A stretch of DNA of 64,000 bases from Candidatus Woesearchaeota archaeon (GCA_964573625.1 CAZNJU010000001.1:513050-577049); one strand, 5' to 3'; positions 29,967 through 39,912 are shown, counted from the stretch's first letter. The notes: a model not told the origin generated them from the letters alone. Made by a program: numbers and translations.

Positions 29967-30911
29967 ATGAAGAAATCTAAAAAGAGTTCTAAGCCTAAAG
30001 CGCATGCGCACCATGCTCATCATGTACGCATCGTCGAAGTTTCTGATGCTGCTACTCCTGAACCTCCTGTAATTCCTCAAGTCCAAGAGAAGAAAATCAC
30101 TCCTATATCTATCAGTCCTGAAAGCCAACGCGAGGTTGCAATGGAATTCGCCGCACTTATTCACAAGAAATTCGATTCTCTCATTAAGGCAACGGTGTTA
30201 TTCGGTTCACAAGCAAAAAATACCTCAACCTCTTCAAGTGACATAGACATCGTGGTTATTGTTGACGATGCCTCAGTAAGCTGGGACGACGAATTAATTG
30301 CATGGTATCGTCAGGAACTCGGTAAACTTTTGTCCAGTGTCGCTCGTGAGAAAGAATTGCATGTTAACACGATAAAACTCACAACTTGGTGGCAGGATTT
30401 GCTCTATGGTGATCCAGTCGTTCTCAATATAATACGTTATGGCGAGCCGCTTATTGATATTGCCGGATTTTTCAAACCAATTAAATCACTTCTTATTCAA
30501 GGAAAGATACATTCAACCCCTGAAGCAGTTTACGCTGCCTTGCAACGTGCACCATCGCACCTTGCTCGAAGCCATGCTTCTGAGATGGGTGCAATAGAAG
30601 GCGTTTACTGGACAATGGTTGATTCAGCGCAAGCAGCACTTATTACAGCAGGTCAACTTCCTCCATCTCCTGAACACATTCCAGGATTACTCAAAGAAGC
30701 ATTCGTTGATAAAAATTACTTGAAGATGGAGATTGTCAATTGGTATCGCGAATTATACAATTTACATAAGGGAATTGTTCACGGCACTATCGTTTCCATA
30801 AAAGGAGCTCAAATAGATGTATGGCAACAGCGCGCACAAATTTTCTTACGAAAAATGACTGAGTTAATCGATATGCTTATTGAATCTGGTAAGAACCAAG
30901 CTTCTTCTTAA
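29967..30911 (+). CDS. nucleotidyltransferase-domain protein with His-rich N-terminus
   Basis: 314 aa with KPKAHAHHAHH at the N-terminus, the minimal-NTase motif LFGSQAKNTSTSSSDIDIVVIVDD (GS...D.D), and a helical C-terminal domain. Confidence 0.55.
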   Translation: MKKSKKSSKPKAHAHHAHHVRIVEVSDAATPEPPVIPQVQEKKITPISISPESQREVAMEFAALIHKKFDSLIKATVLFGSQAKNTSTSSSDIDIVVIVDDASVSWDDELIAWYRQELGKLLSSVAREKELHVNTIKLTTWWQDLLYGDPVVLNIIRYGEPLIDIAGFFKPIKSLLIQGKIHSTPEAVYAALQRAPSHLARSHASEMGAIEGVYWTMVDSAQAALITAGQLPPSPEHIPGLLKEAFVDKNYLKMEIVNWYRELYNLHKGIVHGTIVSIKGAQIDVWQQRAQIFLRKMTELIDMLIESGKNQASS

Positions 30912-30914
30912 AAC

Positions 30915-31742
30915 TTAAGCAGCAACTCTATAGACAAATTCGCGTCCTTTCGCAAATTCATCTACATTCGAACTTTTCGCAAGTTTCTTTATTCCTGCGA
31001 GGACATAACTTCTAGCGTTCTTTTTTTCCTTAGTTTCAAATTCGGTAAGTTTCTTCTTAATTTCGTCAAATTGTTCTTTTGCCCCTTTAACTTCAGCGTC
31101 CTTATCTCGGTATCCTCTAAGTGAAGCCTCATATACGACGTTGTACATAGCTCTCTGAATTTCTAAGCCCTTATCTTTGAACTTACCGCTAATTTCCTTA
31201 GCAGCAGCACGAGCAATAGGTTCTCGAAGTGCGCGAATCTGTTCAGGATCAAGACTTTTTGATTTGGCACGATTATGGAGCTCTTCAGCAACTTCATATG
31301 CTTGCTTCAATGCACCCCATGAAGCATACTCCTTTCCAACAGCAGCAGCAATAGCATTTCTATCGTCTTCGTTTGCAAGTATTCCTTCTAATTTCTTAGG
31401 GTCTGCTTCCTTGAGAATTTCGTCAAGATTTCGTTGAATTCGATTTGATGCACTAGCGTCTAAAATTGCTTTCTCCATTTGAGCATATCTTCTGGCTTCT
31501 TCAGGATCGAGTTCATCAGCTTCCTTTCCAACGCGTTTCTTAACAGAAGGATCAATTATTTTCTGACTAACTGCAAACTTATATCCTCGATCTTCAATAG
31601 ATTTAGCAGCCTTATCTTTAACATCTGCTCTGCTATCTTTTTGAATCTTATAGAATGATTCACCTATCTCTTGTACTTGATTAAGTTCTCTTACGAACTC
31701 TTCGCGAGCGCTTGGTTTTACTTCAGCCATATTTTGCATCAA
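30915..31742 (-). CDS. hypothetical alpha-helical K/E/A-rich protein
   Basis: 275-aa ORF. Confidence 0.4.
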   Translation of the reverse strand: MMQNMAEVKPSAREEFVRELNQVQEIGESFYKIQKDSRADVKDKAAKSIEDRGYKFAVSQKIIDPSVKKRVGKEADELDPEEARRYAQMEKAILDASASNRIQRNLDEILKEADPKKLEGILANEDDRNAIAAAVGKEYASWGALKQAYEVAEELHNRAKSKSLDPEQIRALREPIARAAAKEISGKFKDKGLEIQRAMYNVVYEASLRGYRDKDAEVKGAKEQFDEIKKKLTEFETKEKKNARSYVLAGIKKLAKSSNVDEFAKGREFVYRVAA

Positions 31743-31811
31743 TTACAGGAATATTTAAACCTTTCTATTGTTGTATCTTAGTAGGAGTAACATAAACTGC
31801 TCTATAGAGCA

Positions 31812-34319
31812 CTAGAACATACTGACAGTTTCATCTTCCTGTTTATCTTCAAAATGGTCTGACTCAATAGGTATTGCATCATTAAGTGCAGGAATATCAT
31901 CTCCCTTCGTAAACCCCGGAGCATAATCGTTAGGGGTGCTTTCAAGAGCCTTTAGAATTATTTGTTCCTCAAGCGTACTTTTGATAGGTTCAGCAGAAAA
32001 CGATACGTTATTTTCTTTCTTACGAGGCATTGTAGAATGTTCTTGAGGACTCGAAACGTTCTTTTCTATCTCCGCAACTACCTTAGAAACAGCCTCAGCA
32101 GCATCTGCATTCACTGAAAGACTATCTATCCCTTCCTGTATAAGGAAACGAGCCATATCTTCCCGGCTGGCTGCCTGTCCGCAGACAGACGTTTCAACAC
32201 CATATTTCTTGCATCGTCGTATAACATATTGAATTGAATGCATAACTGCTGGGTGCATTTCATTATACAATTCCTGAACATCGGGATTGTTTCTGTCAAT
32301 CGCTAACGTGTATTGTGTTAAGTCATTCGTTCCAAAACTTACAAATGAAATTCCTTCTTCACACAGCTCGTTAATTATCTGAACAGCAGCAGGAGTCTCC
32401 ACCATAATTCCCAAACGTACATTTTCAGGGAGGTTCATGCCCTGCGCAATCTTCTTTGCTAACTTTACTTCATCTACCGATATTACTTGCGGCATCATAA
32501 CTCCTATTTTTTTATCCGGAAATTCATCGGCAATTTCTTTGATAGCCGTAAATTCAGCTTCAAGAAGATCGACATTGCGCAAACTGAATCGTATTCCGTG
32601 ATTTCCAAGCATAGGATTCCCTTCAATCATTTGTGGTGCTCCCTCTAAATGTCTAAACTCATCACTACGAATATCTGACGTGCGTACCCAAATCTCCTTG
32701 AAAGGTAAAGCTATTTTTCTTAAACCTCCAGAAACAAGCGTAATGTATTCCTTGATTTTATCATTTTTAACATACCATACAGGATGCTTACTTGATGTAG
32801 CAATAATCCCTTCAAGTCGAACAAGTCCAACTCCCTGTGCCCCAGAGAGAGCAGCACGCTGTGCGTAATCAGGCAAATCAACAATCACTTTGATATCAGT
32901 TCGTGTAGGGACTATCGGTTTAATTTCAACGCGTTTTTCCTCAGCCTTCCCATCAATAACACGACCTGTCGAGCCATCAACTGTAACGACCTGCCCTTCC
33001 GTGAGCGATTGCGTGGCAGTGCGCGTTCCAACAACACACGGAATGCCCATCTCACGTGAAATAATCGCCGCGTGACTCGTAATTCCGCCCTCGTCAGTAA
33101 TTATTCCTGCAGCGCGTTGCATGGTGACAACCATATCAGGATTAGTCATCATCGTCACAAGTACATCCCCTTTCTGTATTTTCGAAAGTTCGTTAAGTGA
33201 ATGAACTATTTTAACCGTACCAGAAGAGACGCCCGGAGACGCGCCTAATCCAGAAAGTAACACGTTTCCTGTGACCTCTCCACTCATGACTTGCGGTTTT
33301 GTAGTGATAGGTCTGCTCTGAACAATGTACACCTCTTGCGAAATTGCAAATTCAATATCTTGCGGTTTTCCATAGTGTTGTTCAAGATCTAGAGCGTACT
33401 GGGCAAGGCGTTTAAGCTCGTATCCCGTCAAGACTTGCTGGTTTGAACGTTCACTCGTCAACTTAGCAGTTTGTAGCGAGCCAGACGAACTTCTAACGAT
33501 AGCAATTTTTTTATCAGACACTTTCATTTCCTGTACTTCTAAATCGCGATTCAGCGTGTAATGATCTGGAACAATCTGTCCAGATACAATTCCTTCACCA
33601 AGTCCCCAAACAGCCTCAACAACAATAGAATCGTCATCTTTCAATGGATTACGTGAGAACATGACTCCTGACTTTTGCGAATCAACCATTCGTTGAATAA
33701 CTACTGCAAGTAAAGCCTTCTCATACGCAAATCCTTTTTTCTGTCGATAATAAATAGCGCGTGCAGTAAACAGTGAAGAAAAGCATTTCTTAATGTTCTC
33801 AAGTAGTGCTGCGTGACCTTTTATGTTCAAGAATGAATCCTGTTGTCCCGCAAAACTTGCATCAGCCAGGTCTTCAGTAGTAGCGCTTGAACGTACAGCC
33901 ACAAAAGGCGGCTCATGTGAGTTTTTCAAAATATCAAGTGCAGTGGATTTAGCTTGATGCATATTTTGACGTGAGGTATCCAAAATATCGTACGCCTCAA
34001 CAATTTCCTGTTCCAGTTCCGGAGGCATAGGTGAGCTCTCAATAAGTTCACGTATTTTTCGCGAAGCGTCCTGCAAAGATTCAGTGTTTTCAGTATTCAG
34101 TCGCGCAAGTATCGGTCGTATTTTTTCATCAAGTTTAGAAGAGGCAATAAAATAAGCGTATGCTTGAGCAGTCACCACAAACCCGGGAGGAATAGGAAAT
34201 CCATTAATATACATCTCAGCAAGACTCGCACCTTTACCTCCTGCAACAGGCACATCTTTATTGTTTAATTCAGAAAACCACTTCACGTATCCTGTATCAG
34301 GAGCCTCTTTTTTCACCAT
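31812..34319 (-). CDS. ppsA: phosphoenolpyruvate synthase (pyruvate, water dikinase)
   Basis: 835 aa. An N-terminal ATP-grasp region is followed by the phospho-His motif GGITSHAAIISREMGIPCVVG and a C-terminal PEP-utilising TIM domain, with an acidic C-terminal extension. Confidence 0.85.
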   Translation of the reverse strand: MVKKEAPDTGYVKWFSELNNKDVPVAGGKGASLAEMYINGFPIPPGFVVTAQAYAYFIASSKLDEKIRPILARLNTENTESLQDASRKIRELIESSPMPPELEQEIVEAYDILDTSRQNMHQAKSTALDILKNSHEPPFVAVRSSATTEDLADASFAGQQDSFLNIKGHAALLENIKKCFSSLFTARAIYYRQKKGFAYEKALLAVVIQRMVDSQKSGVMFSRNPLKDDDSIVVEAVWGLGEGIVSGQIVPDHYTLNRDLEVQEMKVSDKKIAIVRSSSGSLQTAKLTSERSNQQVLTGYELKRLAQYALDLEQHYGKPQDIEFAISQEVYIVQSRPITTKPQVMSGEVTGNVLLSGLGASPGVSSGTVKIVHSLNELSKIQKGDVLVTMMTNPDMVVTMQRAAGIITDEGGITSHAAIISREMGIPCVVGTRTATQSLTEGQVVTVDGSTGRVIDGKAEEKRVEIKPIVPTRTDIKVIVDLPDYAQRAALSGAQGVGLVRLEGIIATSSKHPVWYVKNDKIKEYITLVSGGLRKIALPFKEIWVRTSDIRSDEFRHLEGAPQMIEGNPMLGNHGIRFSLRNVDLLEAEFTAIKEIADEFPDKKIGVMMPQVISVDEVKLAKKIAQGMNLPENVRLGIMVETPAAVQIINELCEEGISFVSFGTNDLTQYTLAIDRNNPDVQELYNEMHPAVMHSIQYVIRRCKKYGVETSVCGQAASREDMARFLIQEGIDSLSVNADAAEAVSKVVAEIEKNVSSPQEHSTMPRKKENNVSFSAEPIKSTLEEQIILKALESTPNDYAPGFTKGDDIPALNDAIPIESDHFEDKQEDETVSMF

Positions 34320-34365
34320 AACGCCTTAAAATATGCTTAATTAATAAATCAATCGGTAGATAAAA

Positions 34366-34914
34366 TTACGCTTTGACTGGAAGAAGTTTCTCAGTTCTAA
34401 CATTTACTCTTCCAGGTATTTTAGACTTGATCATTCCCATTGCTTCACGCGCAACACGCGCAGCATTCTCATCTGCACACCAGACTACAAATATATCTGA
34501 TCCACTACGTACAATTGCTGCACGACCTTCAATGTTTCCAAAGGAACGGCTCATACCACTCGATAATCTGTCAGCTCCTGCTTGGGCAGCCATCTTATTA
34601 TTGCGAAGAAGGTGATGCGGATGTACTTTTACTTGTAGGTAGTATGTGTTTGGAAGTTTTTCATCTAGAACTTTAGTAAGAAACTGTCTTGAAGCCTCAA
34701 TTGCATTGTCTCGTATTTGTACTGATTGACCTACAATCATACGCATTGCTATAGGGTATTTGCCTTCATGAAATGCTTTTTGGTTACCTGCAGTATATTT
34801 GACTACTTTATTCTGAGGGACTACTTTAATGTAAGATTTTCCCTTGGCTCGTGATACACGAGTGTATGGTCGAGCATATTTCTTTGAATACGTAAGTGCT
34901 TTTCGTAGGGCCAT
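34366..34914 (-). CDS. rpl10e: 50S ribosomal protein L10e (uL16, archaeal/eukaryotic form)
   Basis: 182 aa. MALRKALTYSKKYARPYTRVS...VQIRDNAIEASRQ...KVHPHHLLRNNKMAAQAGADRLSSGM matches the archaeal L10e consensus. Confidence 0.9.
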   Translation of the reverse strand: MALRKALTYSKKYARPYTRVSRAKGKSYIKVVPQNKVVKYTAGNQKAFHEGKYPIAMRMIVGQSVQIRDNAIEASRQFLTKVLDEKLPNTYYLQVKVHPHHLLRNNKMAAQAGADRLSSGMSRSFGNIEGRAAIVRSGSDIFVVWCADENAARVAREAMGMIKSKIPGRVNVRTEKLLPVKA

Positions 34915-35307
34915 TTATTCTCCTTCTGCAAGGCTCTCAAGAATTTTTCTTCTTTTTCCTGCCTTGTCTGTTTTTATCTTATCAGCCTTAGGAGTACCTG
35001 TATATCTAACAGGTTCTACCACGATAACTTGCTTATTAGTTAGTCGTCCTAAATGCATTTTAACTTCTGCATGACTCATGGTCGCTTTATTTCCTGTAGC
35101 CACATAGCCATCCTCTTTAACATCATAGACAATTCCCGCATAATGTCTTTTTTGAGGCAAACTAAAAGTGCGGATTCCAATAGCTCGACTTGGTTCAGTT
35201 GCTCTTTTTGATATTAGTAATCGCGATTCAGGATGGTATTTTAACTCACCTATACCTAAGGCATTAAGATATTTCTCTGCATTTCGTCTTCTTCCTTCGT
35301 AGTCCAT
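34915..35307 (-). CDS. hypothetical protein between L35Ae and L10e (possibly RNA-associated)
   Basis: 130 aa, basic, and translationally coupled on both sides within a ribosomal-protein operon. No family assigned. Confidence 0.4.
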   Translation of the reverse strand: MDYEGRRRNAEKYLNALGIGELKYHPESRLLISKRATEPSRAIGIRTFSLPQKRHYAGIVYDVKEDGYVATGNKATMSHAEVKMHLGRLTNKQVIVVEPVRYTGTPKADKIKTDKAGKRRKILESLAEGE

Positions 35308-35600
35308 TATTTCTTCGCTCCCTTTTTCTCAGTTGGCGTAACAGCATCTAATACTTCAATATTAGTAGTAATAGCCTGTCCTGGTAGACCTTTTTCAAAG
35401 ATAGCTCTAACAATTCCTTTGTTACCGTGAGCATCAGAAACGACTCCTTTGATTTCCTTGCCAGCAGGACTCTTCCAGACAACATGTTTGCCTGCAAGTT
35501 TCTTAGCTTCCTCTCGGGAAGTTGCACCTAAATCAAGAAGATAATGTCTTTCATTAATGCGATGTCTTCCGCGTCGAAATTGTACAACGATACCTTTCAT
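35307..35600 (-). CDS. rpl35ae: 50S ribosomal protein L35Ae
   Basis: 97 aa. GKEIKGVVSDAHGNKGIVRAIFEKGLPGQAI matches the L35Ae core (GKI.G.V...HG..G.VRA.F..GLPGQA). Confidence 0.8.
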   Translation of the reverse strand: MKGIVVQFRRGRHRINERHYLLDLGATSREEAKKLAGKHVVWKSPAGKEIKGVVSDAHGNKGIVRAIFEKGLPGQAITTNIEVLDAVTPTEKKGAKK

Positions 35601-35628
35601 GTTATGTGGTGACGGATAGAAATCGGGG

Positions 35629-35636
35629 TTTTTAAA
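35629..35636 (-). promoter_or_regulatory. putative archaeal TATA box for the L35Ae operon
   Basis: TTTTAAAG is centred ~30 bp upstream of the L35Ae start at 35600 (minus strand). An imperfect second copy of the same 18-mer lies at 35683..35700. Confidence 0.35.
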
Positions 35637-35640
35637 GCTT

Positions 35641-35658
35641 TACGAATCCTCAGATTCG
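35641..35658 (-). terminator. hairpin plus oligo-T downstream of the 591-aa gene
   Basis: ACGAATC-CTCA-GATTCGT is a perfect 7-bp inverted repeat. The minus-strand transcript has a T-run (revcomp of cttttttagggcc) between the stop at 35698 and the hairpin. Confidence 0.35.
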
Positions 35659-35697
35659 TGAGGCCCTAAAAAAGTATTCTTTTTTAAAGCTTTACGA

Positions 35698-37473
35698 TTA
35701 AACAAAAATGTCAAATTCTCCACGTTCTTTACGGACAGTTTCAAGCGCTTTATGACTTAGTTTTAGTTTAGTTCTATCTTTCGTCTTAGTAAGTGCTTCC
35801 TCAAGCTTTCTCTGTTCAACTTCTTCAAGTTTAGCCCCTATCTTGTAGACTTTGCCTGCCTCAACAAAGAACGTTCCTTCATCAGTCAACACGAGTTCAG
35901 CTACCTTCCCATTATACCCTATCTGTACAATTCCACGCTCGACAAGTGCAATTTCCTTGCGTTGAGAGTATTCAATAAGAACATTCATCAAATCGCTCGC
36001 ATTGCGACGTACTTCATCAAGATCATTTTGAGTAAACTTCTTGGAGCGAGCTTTTTTCCTGATTTCACTAACACTCTTAAGTATCGGACTATATCTAGGG
36101 GAAATCTTTCCTTCCTTCACAAGTTTCTTTTCAAACAATTTCATTAATGCGTCTTGCGGATGATTTCCCAGAATATTCTTTAAGATAGAAAACATCTCTT
36201 CATACATTGCATCAGCAGAGTGTTGCGCAACACGTGATTCAAGTTTTTGTCGCAAGACTTTCAATTTTTTATCATACTCGCCAGCTTCTTTAAGCAAGGT
36301 ATCAATTTCCTCACCCGTAATAGAAGTTAACTTTCCGTGTTCATAGTCTTTGTACAACTTAACCGTCTTTTCAAGTATCTTGAGCTCTTTAAGACCCATA
36401 ATTTTCTCTTTATGAACGAATTCCTTCTTAACGTCTTCCACAATAGTCTTAGGAACAGGTGGTGCTTGACCAGCAAGCATCATTAATGCTTGCGTAGGTG
36501 TAACAACTCCCCAATAAATATCAATCATTGCATCCATCAGTCTCCGTTTAACAAGTGTATCATTCTGGTCGCCATACTTCATGAACGTATCAACTGCTTC
36601 TGGACTTGGTTTAATTTTACCCATTTTAAGCAAGAGTTTCCATGGTAAGAATGTCCCTCTATCATACATTGGAATACCATCACGAATAAACGTAAAGATA
36701 ACTGGAGTCGCATCCTTAACAGATTGCCAGAAGTCAGTCAGTAAATATACCTGCACGTTGAGCACGTTCTTAACACCTGCAAGTGCTGTCGCTTCTTTTA
36801 TGTAATCATAAATATATCCTCGCAATCTTTCAAGAAGCTGCAAACGAGGCATCTTCTTTACGTCAGTGTCATCAATAACTACGAACGTATCTACATCGCT
36901 ATCTTTGTCTGCAGTACCTCGGACAAGACTTCCACCAACGGCATACGTCGCAACATATTTCTCGAATTTTCTCAATACTAATGTTTTATGAATATTCGCA
37001 AGTCGCAACGTCCCTAAAAATCCTTTATCATGTAGAGGGTAGCTAGCGGCAATCGCATCTAAGAATTCAAATTTACTATCCATCCCATAATTCCAAACAT
37101 CAACTGGTGTTTTAATGTGCACCCAAACGTTGTGCTTTCCTTCCTTCACAAGTTCAAGAATACCTGGCTTTATTTTCTTTGCAATGTTCTTGTATTCATC
37201 TTCCGGAATGATGAACATCACATGCAACGGCTTACGAGCAATTTCTTCAGCGAGTAATCCTTCGTCTTCCTCAAAAGCCTTAAATGAAGGAGCAGGAAGT
37301 ATAGAAAGTGCAAGTGCAAATGGAAATTTCTTAACCAGTTTTTTCTTAAACTCTTCAAGCTCACCTTTCAGCTTGTCAAATTCTTCATTACCTTCTGAAG
37401 TTTGAATAGGTGGTTGAACCGCGTATTTATCGGCTGAAGAAATATGGTTTCCAAGGGTGTGCTTCTCTTCCAT
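35698..37473 (-). CDS. large nucleotidyltransferase-domain protein
   Basis: 591 aa with a central minimal-NTase motif VGGSLVRGTADKDSDVDTFVVIDD and long helical flanking regions. Confidence 0.5.
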   Translation of the reverse strand: MEEKHTLGNHISSADKYAVQPPIQTSEGNEEFDKLKGELEEFKKKLVKKFPFALALSILPAPSFKAFEEDEGLLAEEIARKPLHVMFIIPEDEYKNIAKKIKPGILELVKEGKHNVWVHIKTPVDVWNYGMDSKFEFLDAIAASYPLHDKGFLGTLRLANIHKTLVLRKFEKYVATYAVGGSLVRGTADKDSDVDTFVVIDDTDVKKMPRLQLLERLRGYIYDYIKEATALAGVKNVLNVQVYLLTDFWQSVKDATPVIFTFIRDGIPMYDRGTFLPWKLLLKMGKIKPSPEAVDTFMKYGDQNDTLVKRRLMDAMIDIYWGVVTPTQALMMLAGQAPPVPKTIVEDVKKEFVHKEKIMGLKELKILEKTVKLYKDYEHGKLTSITGEEIDTLLKEAGEYDKKLKVLRQKLESRVAQHSADAMYEEMFSILKNILGNHPQDALMKLFEKKLVKEGKISPRYSPILKSVSEIRKKARSKKFTQNDLDEVRRNASDLMNVLIEYSQRKEIALVERGIVQIGYNGKVAELVLTDEGTFFVEAGKVYKIGAKLEEVEQRKLEEALTKTKDRTKLKLSHKALETVRKERGEFDIFV

Positions 37474-37545
37474 ATCAAAAATACTCAGGAGACGTATTTA
37501 AAACTATCCTGTTGAGATTTATATACTCGTGAACGATATCTGTTT

Positions 37546-38082
37546 GTGAAAAGAGAGCAATTCGATCGCAAGTATTTGGGCGAGTTCGTATATGGGGGAA
37601 TTGATGGGACAGTCACTACTTTTGCAGTCGTTGCAGGTTCAATGGGTGCATCACTAAATGCAGCAATTATTCTTATTCTAGGTTTTGCAAATTTGTTTGC
37701 AGACGGCTTCTCAATGGCTGTCTCAAACTATCTATCAGTTAAATCACAATTCGAACTTAAACGAGGGAAGAAAGACACGACCATTGATGAAGAGGCAAAA
37801 CACCCGATAAAAACCGCCCTAGCAACATTTTTTTCATTCCTTATAATTGGCTTTATCCCTCTGAGCTCATATGTGGCTGCTCTCTTTATTCCTTCCATTA
37901 ATGCCCATAAAGAAGTATACTCTATCGCATGTACTGCACTTGCACTTCTTATCGTTGGCGCCGTTAAGGGCCGTGTTGTCAAGAAGCATGTCGTGCGTTC
38001 AGCCCTTGAAACGCTTCTCATCGGAGGAATCGCAGCGGCAGTTGCCTTCGGCGTAGGCTATTTCTTGAAAGGACTTGTGTAA
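37546..38082 (+). CDS. VIT1/CCC1-family membrane protein (short form)
   Basis: 178 aa. [19 protein letters not shown] is the VIT-family signature; 4-5 TM helices. Confidence 0.65.
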   Translation: MKREQFDRKYLGEFVYGGIDGTVTTFAVVAGSMGASLNAAIILILGFANLFADGFSMAVSNYLSVKSQFELKRGKKDTTIDEEAKHPIKTALATFFSFLIIGFIPLSSYVAALFIPSINAHKEVYSIACTALALLIVGAVKGRVVKKHVVRSALETLLIGGIAAAVAFGVGYFLKGLV

Positions 38083-38232
38083 ATGGCTGAACAGTTAATC
38101 ACTTGCGATCTACAGACAGAAGGTGAAAACATGTATATCTGTGAAGCGTGTGGTTCACGTTTGCAAGCTGAAAAATGTAAGCTCATGTGTAAGCGTTGCG
38201 GGTACTTTCGCTCATGTAGTGATTTATTTTAA
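38083..38232 (+). CDS. small zinc-ribbon protein (not in ORF track, <60 aa)
   Basis: The ATG at 38083 is 1 nt after the VIT-gene stop. Translation MAEQLITCDLQTEGENMYICEACGSRLQAEKCKLMCKRCGYFRSCSDLF has CxxC...CxxC pairs. Confidence 0.4.
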   Translation: MAEQLITCDLQTEGENMYICEACGSRLQAEKCKLMCKRCGYFRSCSDLF

Positions 38233-38483
38233 TCTCTAGAGAAGTCAGGATTTTTATGAAAAATACATTTGTCACATCTCTGTATATCCAGACACCACAA
38301 CTGCAACGAGTATGTATCACAAACCATTCGTCTTGATTCACTTGGTGCAGCTTCTCCTGAAAGACTATTACTGCAATAAGGACCAACGTGATCCTCTCTC
38401 AAGTACGGACATCGTTCCTCACGAGAGGTTGCTTGTATAAGGTGAATAGCTAATTTTTCGCCAGAGTTACTTGTTCGAACCAT
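38229..38483 (-). CDS. Cys-rich small protein (uncertain)
   Basis: 84-aa ORF with 7 Cys. It overlaps the 3' end of the small zinc-ribbon ORF on the opposite strand. Confidence 0.3.
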   Translation of the reverse strand: MVRTSNSGEKLAIHLIQATSREERCPYLREDHVGPYCSNSLSGEAAPSESRRMVCDTYSLQLWCLDIQRCDKCIFHKNPDFSRD

Positions 38484-38557
38484 ACCAATTTAGAATGTAG
38501 GGGCTTTAAAAATCTACTCGTGAAAAAGATTAAAAAGCACATCGCGTTAGAAAAAGA

Positions 38558-38833
38558 ATGTCTCAAGAAAACCCTCGTAATAATGCTGGAGGTCTTGAAA
38601 TAATTGTTCTAGCAGTCATTGGCACCCCATTTATGGTATTAGGGGCACTTGTTGAAGCTCCACGATATCTGCGTATTTTAGGAAGTCGTGCCGCAGCATC
38701 AATATACAATCCTACTCTTGGTCGCCTTACAGAAACCAAATATACTCCCGCTAAAATATTTCCCGTTGAAGATAATGAATTCTCACCTAGCGACAACGAT
38801 TATTTAGTCAAAGGATATATCTCTAAGAAGTAA
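38558..38833 (+). CDS. small membrane protein
   Basis: 91 aa with one TM helix (LEIIVLAVIGTPFMVLGALV). Confidence 0.35.
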   Translation: MSQENPRNNAGGLEIIVLAVIGTPFMVLGALVEAPRYLRILGSRAAASIYNPTLGRLTETKYTPAKIFPVEDNEFSPSDNDYLVKGYISKK

Positions 38834-39197
38834 CTGAATAGTTATTCACAAGTGTGGATAATGCTTGATCCTCATGTCCATCAGTTGCAATCGGTTTGAG
38901 GTTAACTTCCCGTAGGAATAATCCGAGCGCTTCTTCAACTAATCCATCTGTCTGAGAAGGTTTTTGTCGAACGTCTATTCGAACATAGAATCCATGAGGG
39001 TTAGTTGATCCGCTAAATGCAGCTCGCTCGCCACCCGTTGCACGGTCTAAGTTTGCACCTATCAAGATATTTGATCGAGAATACTTTTCCTGAGCGATAT
39101 GTTGAGCCGCCCCAATTTTATCTAATAGTCCTGAAGTTGCAGAAAGATTTGAAGAGTCATTTATTCTATATCCAAATTGAACATATCTCTCATCCAT
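38823..39197 (-). CDS. hypothetical protein
   Basis: 124-aa ORF. Confidence 0.4.
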   Translation of the reverse strand: MDERYVQFGYRINDSSNLSATSGLLDKIGAAQHIAQEKYSRSNILIGANLDRATGGERAAFSGSTNPHGFYVRIDVRQKPSQTDGLVEEALGLFLREVNLKPIATDGHEDQALSTLVNNYSVTS

Positions 39198-39345
39198 AAA
39201 TCAAGACGCGTTATCCCACTTATAAATTTAATTATGTTTGAGCAGCTAGAATGCAGTTACCTGGCTCTCAAAGAAGAGTATCTCTTGCACATGAGATCTA
39301 TATGTTAAAGCATACATTTTTAAGCTAATTCTAAATTTTTAGTAT

Positions 39346-39873
39346 ATGCATTTATATCATTGGGTGCCTGAAAAGATGATTGGAGATGTACTCCAGCCGC
39401 TCAATACACTTAGAGAAACTCGCCCGGAGCTATATGCAGAATATGTCAAAAAGTATCAGGGACGTGAAGAATTGCTCAAAGCAAGAGTCCCGATTTTAGG
39501 GTGTTTATGGAATGATGTATTGCATCTGACTCCGGTTAATCCGCAAGAGGTGATGAAAGTATACCGAGATACTGGTCTGAAAGCCCGAACAACTCGTTTC
39601 TTCAAAATATCTGATTCTTCTTTGAAAAGAGACGAATTAGTCATTTACAAACACACCAAGATAGCCAATGGTGATTGGAGTATTGATCCGAGCGAAGTAT
39701 TAAGATATAGTCCTGCTACAGCAAAAAAATTCTCGCATTTCCCTGATGCGGCAAGACAATATTTCGAACGAGAAAAATCAGCAGGCAGAAGACCATTATT
39801 ATTTGGATTCGTTCCGCATGTTTTATACAGAGGAGAAATAGATATTTCTAAATGTGAAGTTATTGAAGCTTAA
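39346..39873 (+). CDS. hypothetical protein
   Basis: 175-aa ORF. Confidence 0.4.
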   Translation: MHLYHWVPEKMIGDVLQPLNTLRETRPELYAEYVKKYQGREELLKARVPILGCLWNDVLHLTPVNPQEVMKVYRDTGLKARTTRFFKISDSSLKRDELVIYKHTKIANGDWSIDPSEVLRYSPATAKKFSHFPDAARQYFEREKSAGRRPLLFGFVPHVLYRGEIDISKCEVIEA

Positions 39874-39912
39874 CTCGCTCTCAAGCGCATTAAGCGTTTC
39901 CGTTCTGCAGAG

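Noticed and set aside
35641-35658. The hairpin near 35650 (gtgaggccctaaaa context) as a tRNA or other ncRNA gene
   Set aside because: It is only a single 7-bp stem-loop without cloverleaf elements. Its position fits a terminator.
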